NCBI GenBank assembly: GCA_037129255.1
Contig: JBAXVG010000025.1
Span: 120 to 64,119 of the forward strand
Source: Desulfuromonadales bacterium
GTDB lineage: Bacteria; Desulfobacterota; Desulfuromonadia; Geobacterales; Pseudopelobacteraceae
Length of the DNA: 64,000 nt
Direction: 5' to 3'
In this document: one piece after another, positions 31,095 to 42,889 of the stretch
Position numbering within the stretch: position 1 is the first letter of the stretch
Layout: every line of letters begins with the position of its first letter
Translations under genes and position numbers: made by a program
The notes under the pieces: model-generated
The model's input: the letters and a program-made list of their open reading frames with translations, nothing else
What the model was told of the DNA's origin: nothing
Database searches by the model: none

Positions 31095-32117
31095 GTGAAT
31101 ATACTATCCAGATTTTTTTCAAAGACACCAGCGGATTTATTGGCCAAAGGGGATCGTTTTCTTGAATCGGGACGCTTTTTTGATGCAAGAACCTGCTATG
31201 AAGATGCCCTGCATCGTTGTTCTGATAACGAGCCGCCGAGCAATTGCAAAGACGTATTTGTAGAGCGCATTGACAAAGCCAATCTGAAGCTGGCTGAAGT
31301 CAACCTTGGAGAAGCAGAATTCGCATTTTCAAGGGGTGACTCAGAGAAGGCCATTGATCATCTTGACTTAGTAAAAACACTGACTTATGATGTGCACATT
31401 CGGGAAAGGGCGGAGAAACTCCTGAAGGAGTACGGGAATTCGAGCAACGGTTCTGCCGAACCTGCAGCTTCATCATCTTGCGCTTCCTGCTCTCATACTC
31501 ACGTTGACGATAATGCCGGTAGCCTGTATGCTGGTGATGCTCTTCATCCGCTTGAATATTTCGATCTACTTATCCGTCAGCTTCCCGAGGAGCTGTATCA
31601 GCGCTACTCAGCATTGGGTGAGGATTTTGCGAATGCCTATGTAGCTGCGTGCCTTGACAAGCATGCAGAGGCGATGTCCTTATTTGAAAAATGGCATGGT
31701 GATACAGATAGAGATATTTACTATTGCGAACGAGGGAAAGTTCTGCATCGGTTGGGTAAAGACAGGGAGGCTGAACAGCATCTTCGTAAAGCTATCGAGT
31801 TAAATAGCCTGAACTCTCTTGCCTGGCTGAATCTTGCCTTGCTGTTGATTGACGGTGGCCGTTTTGATGAGACAATGTATGTGCTGGACTCGATGATTTC
31901 CAATGATATGATGCCGGAACAGTCTATGCTGATGCGTGGCGAAATTCTTGAAGCGATCGGTAATCCGGATGAGGCTGTTGAGCAGTATTCCCGTTTGTTG
32001 ACAACATCGTATGCGCGTCCCGCTGCAGAAAAATTGCACGACGTTTTAATCAAGGCTGACCGCCATACTGATGCGGCGCTGGTTTTCAAGCAGTTTCTTG
32101 GTAAATGCAGTCATTAA
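31095..32117 (+). CDS. TPR-repeat protein
   Basis: 340-aa ORF with a GTG start and AGGAG RBS. Repeated TPR-like helical pairs (e.g. CERGKVLHRLGKDREAEQHLRKAIELN). Confidence 0.7.
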   Translation: MNILSRFFSKTPADLLAKGDRFLESGRFFDARTCYEDALHRCSDNEPPSNCKDVFVERIDKANLKLAEVNLGEAEFAFSRGDSEKAIDHLDLVKTLTYDVHIRERAEKLLKEYGNSSNGSAEPAASSSCASCSHTHVDDNAGSLYAGDALHPLEYFDLLIRQLPEELYQRYSALGEDFANAYVAACLDKHAEAMSLFEKWHGDTDRDIYYCERGKVLHRLGKDREAEQHLRKAIELNSLNSLAWLNLALLLIDGGRFDETMYVLDSMISNDMMPEQSMLMRGEILEAIGNPDEAVEQYSRLLTTSYARPAAEKLHDVLIKADRHTDAALVFKQFLGKCSH

Positions 32118-32165
32118 TATAATTATATAACAAAGCCTGATACGGCGATATACTTGGAGGGTAAG

Positions 32166-32441
32166 ATGAATAAATCTGAGCTGGTGGAACAATTGGCCAT
32201 TATTAAGAACATTCCGAATAAGAGAGCTGAAGAGGTAGTCAATATAATTTTCTCAAGCATGGCTGATGCGATGGTGCGTGGAGACCGGATAGAAATTCGC
32301 GGATTGGGAAGTTTTGTAATCAAGGAGTATGGTACTTATACCGGCAGAAATCCGAAAACGGGTGAGCCCATCACGGTAAGTCCGAAAAAACTGCCTTTTT
32401 TCAAGGTTGGTAAGGAATTGAAAGAACGGGTTCTCGGCTGA
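32166..32441 (+). CDS. ihfB: integration host factor subunit beta (HU/IHF family)
   Basis: GGAGG RBS before ATG 32166. MNKSELVEQLA...RIEIRGLGSFVIKEY..RNPKTGEPI..K..PFFKVGKELKERV. Confidence 0.9.
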   Translation: MNKSELVEQLAIIKNIPNKRAEEVVNIIFSSMADAMVRGDRIEIRGLGSFVIKEYGTYTGRNPKTGEPITVSPKKLPFFKVGKELKERVLG

Positions 32442-32484
32442 TAATTCAGGCTCATAATCATTATGAAATATAGCGTGCTATAAG

Positions 32485-34116
32485 ATGCCTTTCAGTTTGT
32501 TCGAAGGCGCTTTGGGTGGTATTGGGCTTTTCCTGCTCGGCATGCGCCTTTTGTCCGACGGTATCCGCTCAGTTGCTGATGATCGTGTCAAGAACGTTTT
32601 CAGACAGCTTACGTCGAATCGTTATTTGTCATTACTATTTGGAATTCTGATGACACTTGCCGTCAGTTCCGGAAGTGCAGCAGTTATTTTTACGATTGGA
32701 CTCTTAAACGGCGGCATCCTGAATGTTTATCAAGCTCTATGCGTGCTTTCTGGTGTTCTCCTGGGAGCGTCGCTCTCGCTGCATCTCCAGGTAATTCCCT
32801 ATAGTCTTATTTCCGGGCCACTGATTCTGTGTGGAGTCCTTTTGAAGTTCTTTTCCAGAAAAAGGCGCAGGGCTCATCTTGGCACCCTTCTTCTGGGCAT
32901 CGGTTTGCTTCTTTTGGGACTTTCACTACTTGAAGGTACCTACCGCCCTTTTGATGATCACCCTCTGTACGATTTTGGCAATGGGATGTTTTACCGTTCT
33001 ACCTTCATGGCTACACTTTTTGGGTCGATAGTCTCTTTTCTTGTACAATCTGAACAATCTACAATCTCAATAATTGCCTCACTGGAACATATCCGTCCGA
33101 TTGACGGCTCGCTCTCTTTTGCCATGACTTGTGGCGGGGTAATGGGAATGGCTGTGATGGGTGGTCTCGCTTCGGTAGGAGGAAAGTTTACCGCCCGTCG
33201 TATCGCCATGCTGCTTATGGCGGTCACTCTATTGACATGCGTGCCATTACTGATATTTGCCAAGACCGGTTCCGCATTATCACAAACACTTGCATCATAT
33301 ATAGCCGAAAGTGATAGAGAATCAGTTTTGTCCTGGGGGTTTACAATCTCGGGTTCAATTACTGCTCTGGTGCTATTTGCCATAGGAGGACCGGCTTCCA
33401 GATTATTGTTGATTCTTGAGACAAATGCCGGTGGCAAGTCAGGCGCCTTGCAGTCCTGTGCCGGGTATCTTGATCGTCGAATTCTTTCCACTCCGCCAAT
33501 CGCAATTGAGCAGGCTCGTAAAGAGATTCTGCGTATGGCCGGGATCGTCTCATTCATGCACGCAGACGTCAGGGATATCATGACCGACTTTGACGCACGC
33601 AAAGTGGAAATAGTACGCCAGCATGAGCAGGTGCTGGACTCGCTGAATACTGAAATCACCTCGTTTCTGGCAGCTTTATCAAACACGGCAATAAGTCCCG
33701 AAATAAATTATGAAATTCCTGGGCTTATTCAGGTTGTTTTGACACTGGAACATATAGGTGATGTATGTGAAGATATTCTTGACTGTATTCTGTCGAGGAA
33801 GGAATCAGGTATACTTTTTTCTGAAGAGGCAATGAATGAGCTGATTATTATGTCCAAATTGGTAGGCCGCATAGTTGCGGATGTTGAAAAAGTGCTGAAA
33901 ACCGGAGAATTCAATGATCGCAATGAGTTGCATTATTCTAAATCCGTAACACGCAATCAGTTTGAAAAAATCAAGCAGTCTCATTATGAAAGGATATGCT
34001 CCGGTTCCTGTCAGCCACGTTCCGCAATGCTGTTCCAGGAATTGTCGTCATCCTTTATGAGAATTACTGAATTATGCTGGAATATTATGGGAATGCAGTT
34101 GCGGAGACCCGAATAG
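32485..34116 (+). CDS. Na/Pi cotransporter family protein with PhoU-like C-terminal domain
   Basis: GGIGLFLLGMRLLSDGI N-terminal motif. Duplicated Na/Pi-cotransporter membrane repeats. Helical PhoU-like tail. Confidence 0.85.
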   Translation: MPFSLFEGALGGIGLFLLGMRLLSDGIRSVADDRVKNVFRQLTSNRYLSLLFGILMTLAVSSGSAAVIFTIGLLNGGILNVYQALCVLSGVLLGASLSLHLQVIPYSLISGPLILCGVLLKFFSRKRRRAHLGTLLLGIGLLLLGLSLLEGTYRPFDDHPLYDFGNGMFYRSTFMATLFGSIVSFLVQSEQSTISIIASLEHIRPIDGSLSFAMTCGGVMGMAVMGGLASVGGKFTARRIAMLLMAVTLLTCVPLLIFAKTGSALSQTLASYIAESDRESVLSWGFTISGSITALVLFAIGGPASRLLLILETNAGGKSGALQSCAGYLDRRILSTPPIAIEQARKEILRMAGIVSFMHADVRDIMTDFDARKVEIVRQHEQVLDSLNTEITSFLAALSNTAISPEINYEIPGLIQVVLTLEHIGDVCEDILDCILSRKESGILFSEEAMNELIIMSKLVGRIVADVEKVLKTGEFNDRNELHYSKSVTRNQFEKIKQSHYERICSGSCQPRSAMLFQELSSSFMRITELCWNIMGMQLRRPE

Positions 34117-34118
34117 TC

Positions 34119-35030
34119 ATGAGATGTGCAGCAATTGATCTTGGAACCAATACTGCCCGGTTGCTTATTGGCGACCGCGACTCAAACCGGCTTGCTACAA
34201 TATGTATTGAGCGTGAAATTGTCCGCCTTGGCGGTGGTTTCAGACACGGATACGGCCTGTCTGACAATGCGCAACTGCGGGCATTAAGCTGTTTGAAACG
34301 CTTTTCAGGGATTATGAAGGAGTATGGTGTTCAGACGGTTCGAGCATCTGCAACCAGTGCGGTGAGGGACGCGTTGAATGGCCCCTCTTTTGTCGAAAGG
34401 GTATTCAAAGAAACCGGCATTTCACTGGTCGTCATTGATGGCGAACTGGAGGGAAAATTAACTCTGCAAGGAGTCATTTCCGGTCTGGATGAGATTCATG
34501 ACAGCATGGTGGTTGTGGATGTTGGTGGAGGAAGCACCGAAATAACTATAGCAGAACAGGGTAAAGTCCGGTTTGTCGGCAGTTTGCCTTTGGGAGTTGT
34601 CCGGCTTACGGAAGGTTTCGTCCTTCCGGAAGCAATGAGCGAGCGCATTACCGGTATCCTTGGAGATCTGCAGTCCAAGATCTCCTCTGCTGGTGTTTGT
34701 CTAACATCGGATTCCGTTATGATCGCAACTGCCGGCACGGCCACAACTCTGGCAGCCATAAAAATGGAGATGGTTGACTATGATTACCGCAGGGTTAATA
34801 ATTTTCTGATCAGCAGGACAGAGGTTGCTGAGATTTATGACCGCTTGCTTCCTTTGGATCCCCGGGAACGTATCCTGATTCCAGGTCTTGAAAAGGGGAG
34901 GGAAGATTTGATTATAGCCGGAATCCTGATCATACTGCATACAATGGATTCACTCGGCTTCACCCGCTTAAAGGTTAGTGACTACGGTCTTCTGGAGGGG
35001 TTGGCACTTTCTGAAGTTGAAAAGGGATAA
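34119..35030 (+). CDS. Ppx/GppA-family phosphatase (N-terminal actin-like fold only)
   Basis: AAIDLGTNTARLLI and VVDVGGGSTE motifs. About 303 aa. Starts 2 nt after the Na/Pi gene stop. Confidence 0.85.
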   Translation: MRCAAIDLGTNTARLLIGDRDSNRLATICIEREIVRLGGGFRHGYGLSDNAQLRALSCLKRFSGIMKEYGVQTVRASATSAVRDALNGPSFVERVFKETGISLVVIDGELEGKLTLQGVISGLDEIHDSMVVVDVGGGSTEITIAEQGKVRFVGSLPLGVVRLTEGFVLPEAMSERITGILGDLQSKISSAGVCLTSDSVMIATAGTATTLAAIKMEMVDYDYRRVNNFLISRTEVAEIYDRLLPLDPRERILIPGLEKGREDLIIAGILIILHTMDSLGFTRLKVSDYGLLEGLALSEVEKG

Positions 35031-35031
35031 G

Positions 35032-37944
35032 ATGCGGCATAGTTCACAATTCGGCAGAATTAGGAAAGCTCCCGGTGCTGTTCCGCTTGCCCTTTTTATA
35101 ATTCTGTTTGCAATCCTCAACAGCCGCGAACCGGTTATTGTGTTCGAAATGCCAATTACTCTTGCTCTTCTGAACAGCATCTTCCTCTGTATCATTCCGT
35201 TAATCGTCGCATTCCTGGCGGTAAAAAGCCATCGTGCAACCGGTTCGCTTTCTTTCATGATGATGGGGTGCGGACTGGTTGTCTTTGGCTACAGCAGTCT
35301 TCTGGCCGGTTGGGTTATGCCATTGTCAGGCGGTCCTAACCCAACTGTCACTCTCCATAATCTGGGGAGCTTTCTCGCTGGTCTATGCCAGGTTGTGGGA
35401 GCGCACTACGCTTTACATGAAATAATGGTGGTGCGGAAAACAAACAGCGGCGTAAAGAACTGCTTTGTGGTCTATACACTCATAGTACTCGCCACTTCCA
35501 TGGTGGGTTTCCTGGCTTTCAAAGGTTACCTGCCACTGTTTTTCAGTCAGGCAACCGGGCCATCCTTCCTCCGGCAAACCGTCCTCGGCAGCGCTATCTG
35601 CCTCTTTGCGCTCGCCGGTTACCAGTTCATGGTTATTTTCTCAACCACTAAGACCGACTTCGCTTACTGGTACGGACTTGCTTTGTGGCTCATTTCAATC
35701 GGACTGACCGGTGTATTCCTTCAGCATAAAGTAGGAGATGCTCTGGGGTGGACCGGCAGAGCGTCCCAGTATGTCGGCTGTTCCTATTTTATTCTGACAT
35801 TTTTAACGGGCAGACGCGACGTAGCTCTAACAGACGATCAACACGACAGAAATGCTGACTGGAATCTCTGGCCGTTCCTTGATCAGAAAGTTTTGGAAAG
35901 AACTTCTGAGTTGTCCAAGATGAACGAGGCCCTGCAACAGGAGATACTGGAACGCAAGGAAACACAGGATGCCTTGGCCAGCGTAATGCTGGATTTGAGT
36001 ACCGCATTTACAGAGGCGCAGCGTTTCAGAGATGCTCTGGATAATGTTTCCGCCTACATCTACATGAAGGATACACAGTCCCGCTACATCTATGCCAACC
36101 GGGCGACGTTAGAGTTATTCGGTTGTTCAGCCGAAGAATTGGCTGGTAGCGAAGATGCCAGATTTTTCCCGGTTGATACTATAGAGCGGCTGCATGAAAT
36201 AGACTCACGCGTATTCCTTGGTGAACAGTCAAACGAGGAAATTGTCGTTGCTGAAGCAGGAGGAAGACAGCGTATCTACCTGGAGATCAAGACTCCGGTA
36301 TATGAGCAGTCTGATAACAAGATTGTTTTGGGTTTGCTGGGAATTTCAACCGACATCACCGGGCGAAAACAAACGGAGGAGGCGTTGTGCGCCAGCGAGG
36401 AAAAATACCGCCACCTTATCACCGTACTACCCTATATTGTCTATTCTTTTGACCTGCAGCAGGGGGGAGCATTTTACTCACCGGCAGTCCAGTCGGTGCT
36501 GGGCTATTCATCAGAATACCTGTTGGAACACCCCATGTGCTGGCATGATTCTATTCATCCTGACGACCTGCTGAAAGTAGAATCAGCCATTGAAAACTTC
36601 AAGGCAGGAAAGCCGTTTAATGTTGAATACCGTTTCCTACACGCTGATGGTCACTGGATATGGCTTAACGACTGCTCAACTGATCTGCCTGAAGTGGGCA
36701 TTGAAACAGCAAGAATCGAAGGAATTGCCAAAGATATAACCACACGCAAGCAGATGGAAGATGATTTGCGCGAGGCCAAAGAACAGGCAGAATCCGCCAA
36801 CCGTGCCAAGAGCGAGTTCCTTGCCAACATGAGTCATGAAATCCGCACTCCCATGAACGGCCTGCTCGGCATGACCCAACTTCTTGAAATGACCGACCTG
36901 ACAAAGGAACAACAGGGCTATGTTGCGGCACTCAAACTGTCGGGCAAAAACCTGCTGTCCCTGATCAACGACATCCTTGATCTTTCCAAGATCGAGGCAG
37001 GAAAGATAGCTGTCGAATTCACCGATTTCAGTCTGCATCAGAGCATCAAAGATATTGCAATTATGCAAAAACAGTTAGCGCATCAAAAAGGGCTTCTCCT
37101 CAATGTCAATCTTGCCGATGACATCCCTCATGTCCTGAGGGGCGATCAACTACGGATCAAACAGATTCTCCTTAACCTTCTGGGGAACGCAATCAAATTC
37201 ACTACAGAAGGAGGTGTCACCGTCTCGACGCAATTACTTGAACAGCATAATGACACTGTGCTTGTTCAGATAGCTGTAAGTGACACCGGAATCGGCATTT
37301 CTTCCGGGGCTCGTGAGCATATATTCAAGCCCTTCGTTCAGGAAGATGGCTCCACAACCCGCAAATATGGTGGAACCGGTCTAGGGCTGACCATCAGCCG
37401 TCGGCTGGCGGAACTTATGGGCGGGAGCATCTCCCTTGAAAGTACACCGGGAGAAGGCAGCTGTTTCAGGGTGAGTCTTCCTTTTGCAGTTGCAAATGGT
37501 ACCAGAATCAGCAAGGATGCCTCTAAAAAAACAATGGTACGTTGGGATGGCCCTCCACTGCGTATACTGCTTGTCGAAGACGAACAGACCAACATCACTT
37601 TCGCAACTTCGCTGCTCAGAAAACTTGGGCTCGAAGTCATTGTGGTGGAGAACGGCAGGGAATGCCTTGCAGCGCTGGAACAGTGCAGGTTCGACATTGT
37701 GTTGATGGATATTCAGATGCCATATATGAATGGCGAGGAAACGCTGCAGGAAATTCGAAAACATGAGCAGACAACTTCTAGGCATCAACCGGTTATTGCC
37801 CTTACAGCCTATTCGCTGCGCGGAGATAAGGAACGGTTCCTTGAAGGGGGATTTGACGGTTATCTTTCAAAGCCCCTTGAGTCCAGGGAACTTGTAAATG
37901 AAATGAAGCTGGTGATGGAGGTAGCAGATGGACAAAAAATTTAG
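35032..37944 (+). CDS. Hybrid sensor histidine kinase (polytopic membrane domain-PAS-PAS-HisKA-HATPase-REC)
   Basis: ATG 35032 lies 1 nt after the Ppx stop. About 7 hydrophobic helices. Two PAS segments. H-box [14 protein letters not shown]. HATPase GNAIKFT, DTGIGIS, GGTGLGL. Receiver [20 protein letters not shown]. Confidence 0.9.
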   Translation: MRHSSQFGRIRKAPGAVPLALFIILFAILNSREPVIVFEMPITLALLNSIFLCIIPLIVAFLAVKSHRATGSLSFMMMGCGLVVFGYSSLLAGWVMPLSGGPNPTVTLHNLGSFLAGLCQVVGAHYALHEIMVVRKTNSGVKNCFVVYTLIVLATSMVGFLAFKGYLPLFFSQATGPSFLRQTVLGSAICLFALAGYQFMVIFSTTKTDFAYWYGLALWLISIGLTGVFLQHKVGDALGWTGRASQYVGCSYFILTFLTGRRDVALTDDQHDRNADWNLWPFLDQKVLERTSELSKMNEALQQEILERKETQDALASVMLDLSTAFTEAQRFRDALDNVSAYIYMKDTQSRYIYANRATLELFGCSAEELAGSEDARFFPVDTIERLHEIDSRVFLGEQSNEEIVVAEAGGRQRIYLEIKTPVYEQSDNKIVLGLLGISTDITGRKQTEEALCASEEKYRHLITVLPYIVYSFDLQQGGAFYSPAVQSVLGYSSEYLLEHPMCWHDSIHPDDLLKVESAIENFKAGKPFNVEYRFLHADGHWIWLNDCSTDLPEVGIETARIEGIAKDITTRKQMEDDLREAKEQAESANRAKSEFLANMSHEIRTPMNGLLGMTQLLEMTDLTKEQQGYVAALKLSGKNLLSLINDILDLSKIEAGKIAVEFTDFSLHQSIKDIAIMQKQLAHQKGLLLNVNLADDIPHVLRGDQLRIKQILLNLLGNAIKFTTEGGVTVSTQLLEQHNDTVLVQIAVSDTGIGISSGAREHIFKPFVQEDGSTTRKYGGTGLGLTISRRLAELMGGSISLESTPGEGSCFRVSLPFAVANGTRISKDASKKTMVRWDGPPLRILLVEDEQTNITFATSLLRKLGLEVIVVENGRECLAALEQCRFDIVLMDIQMPYMNGEETLQEIRKHEQTTSRHQPVIALTAYSLRGDKERFLEGGFDGYLSKPLESRELVNEMKLVMEVADGQKI

Positions 37945-40939
37945 TGTACTGATAGTGGACGATGAAGATCTTAATCTTCAAATTATTTCATCTTCGCTTG
38001 GCGCCGAATACAGAATCTTTACAGCGTTTGACGGTCACGATGCCATCAGCCAGCTTAAAGAGAATATACCGGACCTGATTCTCCTTGACGTGATGATGCC
38101 GGATATCGATGGATTCGAAGTCTGCAAAATCATTAAGGCAAATCCTCTGTTCGAAGATATACCTGTTATCTTTCTAACCGTTCTGGATACCCAGGAGGAT
38201 ACTCTTCGGGGGCTTGAGGTTGGCGGGATTGACTACCTGACGAAACCGATAAACCTGGATCTGCTCAGGCTGCGGGTGCGTAACCATATAAAATTGAAAG
38301 AGCGGAATGATCTTGTTAAGGAACAGCGGGATCTGCTGTCACGCCAGAAGGAAGAACTGGCTGAAATACTGGCGGAGATGGAGTCGCAGAACAGACAACT
38401 ACGTGAGACCGATGAGGTTCTGCGAAATGAGCGCAACCTTATCGCAAACATAATGGAAACCAGCCCTGTGGGAATTACAACTGTTGATTCCACGGGAAGA
38501 ATAACGTTTGTAAACGCTAAAGCCATCGACATTCTTGGCCTTTCCAGAGATGAAATTACCCAGATAACCTATAACGCACCGGTTTGGAATATTTCAGATA
38601 TTGACGGAAGCCCGTTTTCTGATGACAGGCTTCCTTTCACCCAGGTGATGTCAACGGGGAAAGCAATTTTTGATGTCCAGCACACCATTCAATGGCCCGA
38701 TGGAAAACGAATATTGCTCTCGATAAATGCGACCCCGATGATGGATGCAGGAAATAATGTGACCGGCATGATTGCAACCATTGAAGACATATCCGAACAC
38801 AAGAAATATGAAAAGGAACTGTGCAAGAGCGAGGAGCACTACCGGGAACTGTTCAATTCGATGGTAAACGGTTTTGCCCTTCATGAAATAATCCTTGATG
38901 GAAGCGGCATCCCGTGCGACTACCGATTTCTTGCTGTTAATGCCGCTTTTGAGCGATTGACCAATCTGAAGGCAGCGGAGATCATTGGCCGGAGCATACT
39001 TGAAATTGCTCCGAAGACCGAACGATTCTGGATTGATACTTATGGCCGCGTTGCTTTGACTAGAGAGCCATGCCACTTTGAGCAATATTCAAAAATACAA
39101 AGCAAACACTACGAAGTTAACGCGTATAGTCCCCAGACAGGCCAGTTTGCCTGCGTTTTTGCCGACATCACCGAACGCAAGCTGGCAGATACATACAAGG
39201 ACATCAGCCGGGAAGTTCTGATGATAATGAACGAGCAGGGTGATTTGAAGGATGCGATACCGAAAGTAATAGCCAGTCTGAAAGCAGGTACTGGATTTGA
39301 TGCAGTGGGTATACGACTGCAAGAAGGAGACGACTATCCTTACTTTTCAGAGCAAGGATTCCCGAAGGAATTACTGCTAAAGGAAAACTCCCTGTTAGAA
39401 CGAAACATTGATGGAGGGATATGCCGGGATAAGGACGGCAACGCATGTCTTGAGTGTACATGCGGTCTTGTAATTACCGGTAAAAGCGAACCGGGTCATC
39501 CATTTTTTACTCCTGGAGGTAGCTTCTGGACTAATGATTCATTCCCGCTACTGGAACTGCCACTTGACGTAGATCCACGCCTTAACCCACGCAACGAGTG
39601 CATCCACCATAACTACGCTTCCGTGGCACTGACTCCAATTAGAGTCGAGAGGAATATAGTTGGATTGATCCAGTTCAACGACCATCAAAAAGACCGATTT
39701 ACCCTGAACTCAGTTGAACTTCTGGAAAGTGTTGCCGAACATATCGGCACTGCCTTGATGCGGAAGCGATACGAGGATGAAAAACGCATGCTCGAATCAC
39801 AACTCCATCAGGCCCAGAAGATGGAATCCGTCGGCCGTCTGGCGGGTGGCGTGGCGCATGACTTCAACAACAAGCTGACTGTCATCCTCGGATTTACTAA
39901 TTTGGCCTTCACTGAGACAAATCAGGACATTCTAAAGGATTATCTGGAATACATCCGCAAGGCGGGCGAGCAGTCTGCTGACCTGACCCGGCAGTTGCTG
40001 GCCTTTGCCCGTCAGCAGACCATAGCCCCCAACGTTCTGGATTTGAATGAGACGGTATCGGGCATGCTCAAGATGCTGCAGCGGCTTATCGGAGAGGACA
40101 TCCATCTCAACTGGCATCCATCGCCAAATCTGTGGCAGGTCATGATGGATCCGTCCCAGATCGACCAGATTCTGGCTAATCTGTGCGTAAACGCCAGAGA
40201 CTCTATTGCCAATGTAGGGAAGATCACCATTGAGACGGGAAGCAGCGTAATTGACAAGGATTATTGTGCTCAAAACAGAGGATTTACTGTCGGCGAGTAT
40301 GTGCGGCTCTCTGTAAGCGACAGCGGTAGTGGCATGGATAAGGAAACCTTGGCACAAATCTTCGAACCGTTCTTCACAACCAAAGGTCCGGGAGAAGGTA
40401 CCGGTCTCGGTCTGGCTACCGTGTACGGCATTGTCAAACAGAACAACGGCTTCATAAACGTCTACAGCGAACCGGGGCAGGGAACGACGTTCACTATCTA
40501 TCTTCCGAGGTATGCAGGCGAGGCGGAGCAAGAACGGATAGAAGGTGCAGCTGTACCTGCCAGACGTGGCTGGGAGACTATCCTGCTGGTGGAAGACGAT
40601 CCGGACATCCTGAAAATAGCCTCGATGATTCTACTAAAACAGGGCTACACAATACTGGCGGCTGACTCACCCGGCGATGCCATCCGCCTCGCCAGTGAAC
40701 ATAGTGACAAAATGCACCTTCTTATGACCGACGTGGTCATGCCTGAGATGAACGGCAAGGATCTGGCAAATAAACTGCAATCTCTCTACCCACAACTCAA
40801 GTGCCTGTATATGTCAGGATATACTGCCAACGTTATTGCTCACCACGGTGTGCTTGATGCAGGGGTGCATTTCATCCAGAAGCCATACTCTTTGCCGGAT
40901 TTGGCGGCCAAAGTGCGAGATGTGCTTGATGGTAATTAA
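37928..40939 (+). CDS. Receiver-first hybrid histidine kinase (REC-PAS-PAS-GAF-HK-REC), AHDFNN H-box class
   Basis: GGAGG RBS. Overlaps the upstream kinase gene by 17 nt. Receiver [21 protein letters not shown]-box [21 protein letters not shown]. HATPase [24 protein letters not shown]-terminal receiver [20 protein letters not shown]. Confidence 0.9.
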   Translation: MDKKFSVLIVDDEDLNLQIISSSLGAEYRIFTAFDGHDAISQLKENIPDLILLDVMMPDIDGFEVCKIIKANPLFEDIPVIFLTVLDTQEDTLRGLEVGGIDYLTKPINLDLLRLRVRNHIKLKERNDLVKEQRDLLSRQKEELAEILAEMESQNRQLRETDEVLRNERNLIANIMETSPVGITTVDSTGRITFVNAKAIDILGLSRDEITQITYNAPVWNISDIDGSPFSDDRLPFTQVMSTGKAIFDVQHTIQWPDGKRILLSINATPMMDAGNNVTGMIATIEDISEHKKYEKELCKSEEHYRELFNSMVNGFALHEIILDGSGIPCDYRFLAVNAAFERLTNLKAAEIIGRSILEIAPKTERFWIDTYGRVALTREPCHFEQYSKIQSKHYEVNAYSPQTGQFACVFADITERKLADTYKDISREVLMIMNEQGDLKDAIPKVIASLKAGTGFDAVGIRLQEGDDYPYFSEQGFPKELLLKENSLLERNIDGGICRDKDGNACLECTCGLVITGKSEPGHPFFTPGGSFWTNDSFPLLELPLDVDPRLNPRNECIHHNYASVALTPIRVERNIVGLIQFNDHQKDRFTLNSVELLESVAEHIGTALMRKRYEDEKRMLESQLHQAQKMESVGRLAGGVAHDFNNKLTVILGFTNLAFTETNQDILKDYLEYIRKAGEQSADLTRQLLAFARQQTIAPNVLDLNETVSGMLKMLQRLIGEDIHLNWHPSPNLWQVMMDPSQIDQILANLCVNARDSIANVGKITIETGSSVIDKDYCAQNRGFTVGEYVRLSVSDSGSGMDKETLAQIFEPFFTTKGPGEGTGLGLATVYGIVKQNNGFINVYSEPGQGTTFTIYLPRYAGEAEQERIEGAAVPARRGWETILLVEDDPDILKIASMILLKQGYTILAADSPGDAIRLASEHSDKMHLLMTDVVMPEMNGKDLANKLQSLYPQLKCLYMSGYTANVIAHHGVLDAGVHFIQKPYSLPDLAAKVRDVLDGN

Positions 40940-40974
40940 GATGGAATGCATTGGCATTGAAAAACTCTGTAGTG

Positions 40975-41916
40975 TCAGTCTGAATGCAAAGAGGATTCTT
41001 TTCGCATCAGTTTTTCTGCGGTCTGCTCAGCTTTATCCGCCAGGGACATGTTTCCTGTTTTCCGGTGGATTTCTGCCATTTTCAGCTGGGTAGAAGCGGC
41101 ATTATCCATGTGTCCTCCGTTCAGATAAACGCTGAACGCTCGCTCCAGATATTGAACCATCATAGCCAGGTCGCCCTGATCGCCTGAAAGAGCAGCGAGC
41201 TCCTCCAGATCCAGAGCAATTTTGTGACTTTCTCCAATTTGCCTGTCAATTTCCAGTGACTTCAGAAGGAGCTTTCCGGCCTCTGCAAACCGCCTGTTTT
41301 CACGCTCGATGGAACCCAGCATCCGCAGCGAGTTGGCTTCCTCCTCCAGCTGCCCGTTGCGCTGATTTTCTTCGCATGCCCTGATTGCAAAAGATGAGGC
41401 GTCTTTTCTGTTTCCGAGGGTACGATGGATGCGCGCCAGCAAATTCAGGTGCTTTCCTTGAGCCCCCCCGTTATCGGACGACAACGATGTCGTAGCCCAT
41501 GTCAGGGCTTCTCCAATATGCTTTTGCGCCAGTTCAATCAGTGCCTTTTCGTAGGCGGCCTCTGCCATGAGACCTGACTGACTGCGCGCCAGCTTGAGAG
41601 CCTGATCAATATGGAGTTCAGCCGCTTCGGGTTTGTGATGCAATCTGTTCAGGCGGGCCAGATTGATGAGAGCAGTGATTCTGGCAGGATCATCTTCAAT
41701 GGAGGAGCTTAGTTTAAGTGAGTCGGAAAGGAGTTTTTCAGCCTGGAGAACCTCACCCTTGCTCTGAGCCCGGATGCCACGTTCAAGCTGGGCTGCTGAC
41801 TGCAACTGTATTCCTGAGCGAACAGGCTGCCCACTGCCTCCCGCACAGCCGGAAAGAAGAACCGGCAATAAAAAATAGAGTATCAGGAACCGGTCACTTC
41901 GATGTCTGTTATTCAT
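40975..41916 (-). CDS. TPR-repeat lipoprotein
   Basis: ATG 41916 overlaps the last 8 nt of the MlaD-like gene. Lipobox LLSGC. Repeated TPR-like helices throughout. Confidence 0.7.
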   Translation of the reverse strand: MNNRHRSDRFLILYFLLPVLLSGCAGGSGQPVRSGIQLQSAAQLERGIRAQSKGEVLQAEKLLSDSLKLSSSIEDDPARITALINLARLNRLHHKPEAAELHIDQALKLARSQSGLMAEAAYEKALIELAQKHIGEALTWATTSLSSDNGGAQGKHLNLLARIHRTLGNRKDASSFAIRACEENQRNGQLEEEANSLRMLGSIERENRRFAEAGKLLLKSLEIDRQIGESHKIALDLEELAALSGDQGDLAMMVQYLERAFSVYLNGGHMDNAASTQLKMAEIHRKTGNMSLADKAEQTAEKLMRKESSLHSD

Positions 41917-42889
41917 GGCTGTCACCACGGATAAACTGACGTCCGTCGGCCGGTTGTGATGTATTTCTGAACAGCCAGATGTTCTGTATTGAATTTATCA
42001 GGTGGTCTGTGCTCAGCAGCACGTCTTCGGCCTGAGAGAGAATTCCTGGTATTTTTGGAAATGCCGACTCGGACATGATGCGGGTCACGCGGGAGAATTT
42101 TTCTGTCTCAGTGAGTGCCATATCAACCTTATCCAGTATTGCCGGGATTTTTGTGTCAATGGTATCAATCGTGTTGTTGATTCTGGCAAGGACGGGGGAA
42201 AGGTCCAGGCCGTCAACTTTTGTGTGTACTGAATCGAGAATAGTTGTTGTTCTGGTCGATATTCGATCCAGATTACCGTTGGCGGAGACCAGCAGTTTGT
42301 CGGTCTGTTGACGGGTTCCGTCCAGATTCCGCGTCAAAACTTCAAGATTACGAATGGCCTTTTTGAGATCCCCCTCGGGGTTGTTGATGTAGCTGATGAT
42401 ATCCCGAACCTCAAACAGCACCGGTTTGACCTTCTCAGCGATTTCTTCGGCCATTTCATCCAAAGCTTTGGTCTTGACATACACGATCGCTTCGCCATCG
42501 TTCAATTCAGGTTTATCCAGTGAGCCAACCGAAACGTCCACAATATTGTCACCGACAAATCCCTCTTTAACGAGTTTTACCGTTGAGTCGCTACGAATCC
42601 ATGTACGGTATTTTTTGTCAACTTCAACCTTGATGTCCACCATGGCCTGTTCGTTCAAAGATATGGAAGTAACTCGTCCAATCCTGAAGCCGGACAGTTT
42701 TACCGACATGCCTTTCGTAAAACCGGTACCACGGTCTACCGTAAATCTCAAAGAATAGATAGGGGTGAAGTAATCTTTCTGAACACCATACAGAATAAAT
42801 GAAGTGACAATACCCACGAGTGCTACAGCGATAAACATGCCGATTTTTCGCTCAAGATATTTAAATCTGTGATCTTCTTCGTGCATCAT
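41909..42889 (-). CDS. MlaD/MCE-domain protein with long helical C-terminal extension
   Basis: N-terminal TM helix. MCE domain GMSVKLSGFRIGRVTSISL...VKLVKEGFVGDNIVDVSVGS. About 200-aa helical tail. The ATG directly abuts the upstream TAG. Confidence 0.8.
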   Translation of the reverse strand: MMHEEDHRFKYLERKIGMFIAVALVGIVTSFILYGVQKDYFTPIYSLRFTVDRGTGFTKGMSVKLSGFRIGRVTSISLNEQAMVDIKVEVDKKYRTWIRSDSTVKLVKEGFVGDNIVDVSVGSLDKPELNDGEAIVYVKTKALDEMAEEIAEKVKPVLFEVRDIISYINNPEGDLKKAIRNLEVLTRNLDGTRQQTDKLLVSANGNLDRISTRTTTILDSVHTKVDGLDLSPVLARINNTIDTIDTKIPAILDKVDMALTETEKFSRVTRIMSESAFPKIPGILSQAEDVLLSTDHLINSIQNIWLFRNTSQPADGRQFIRGDSHE

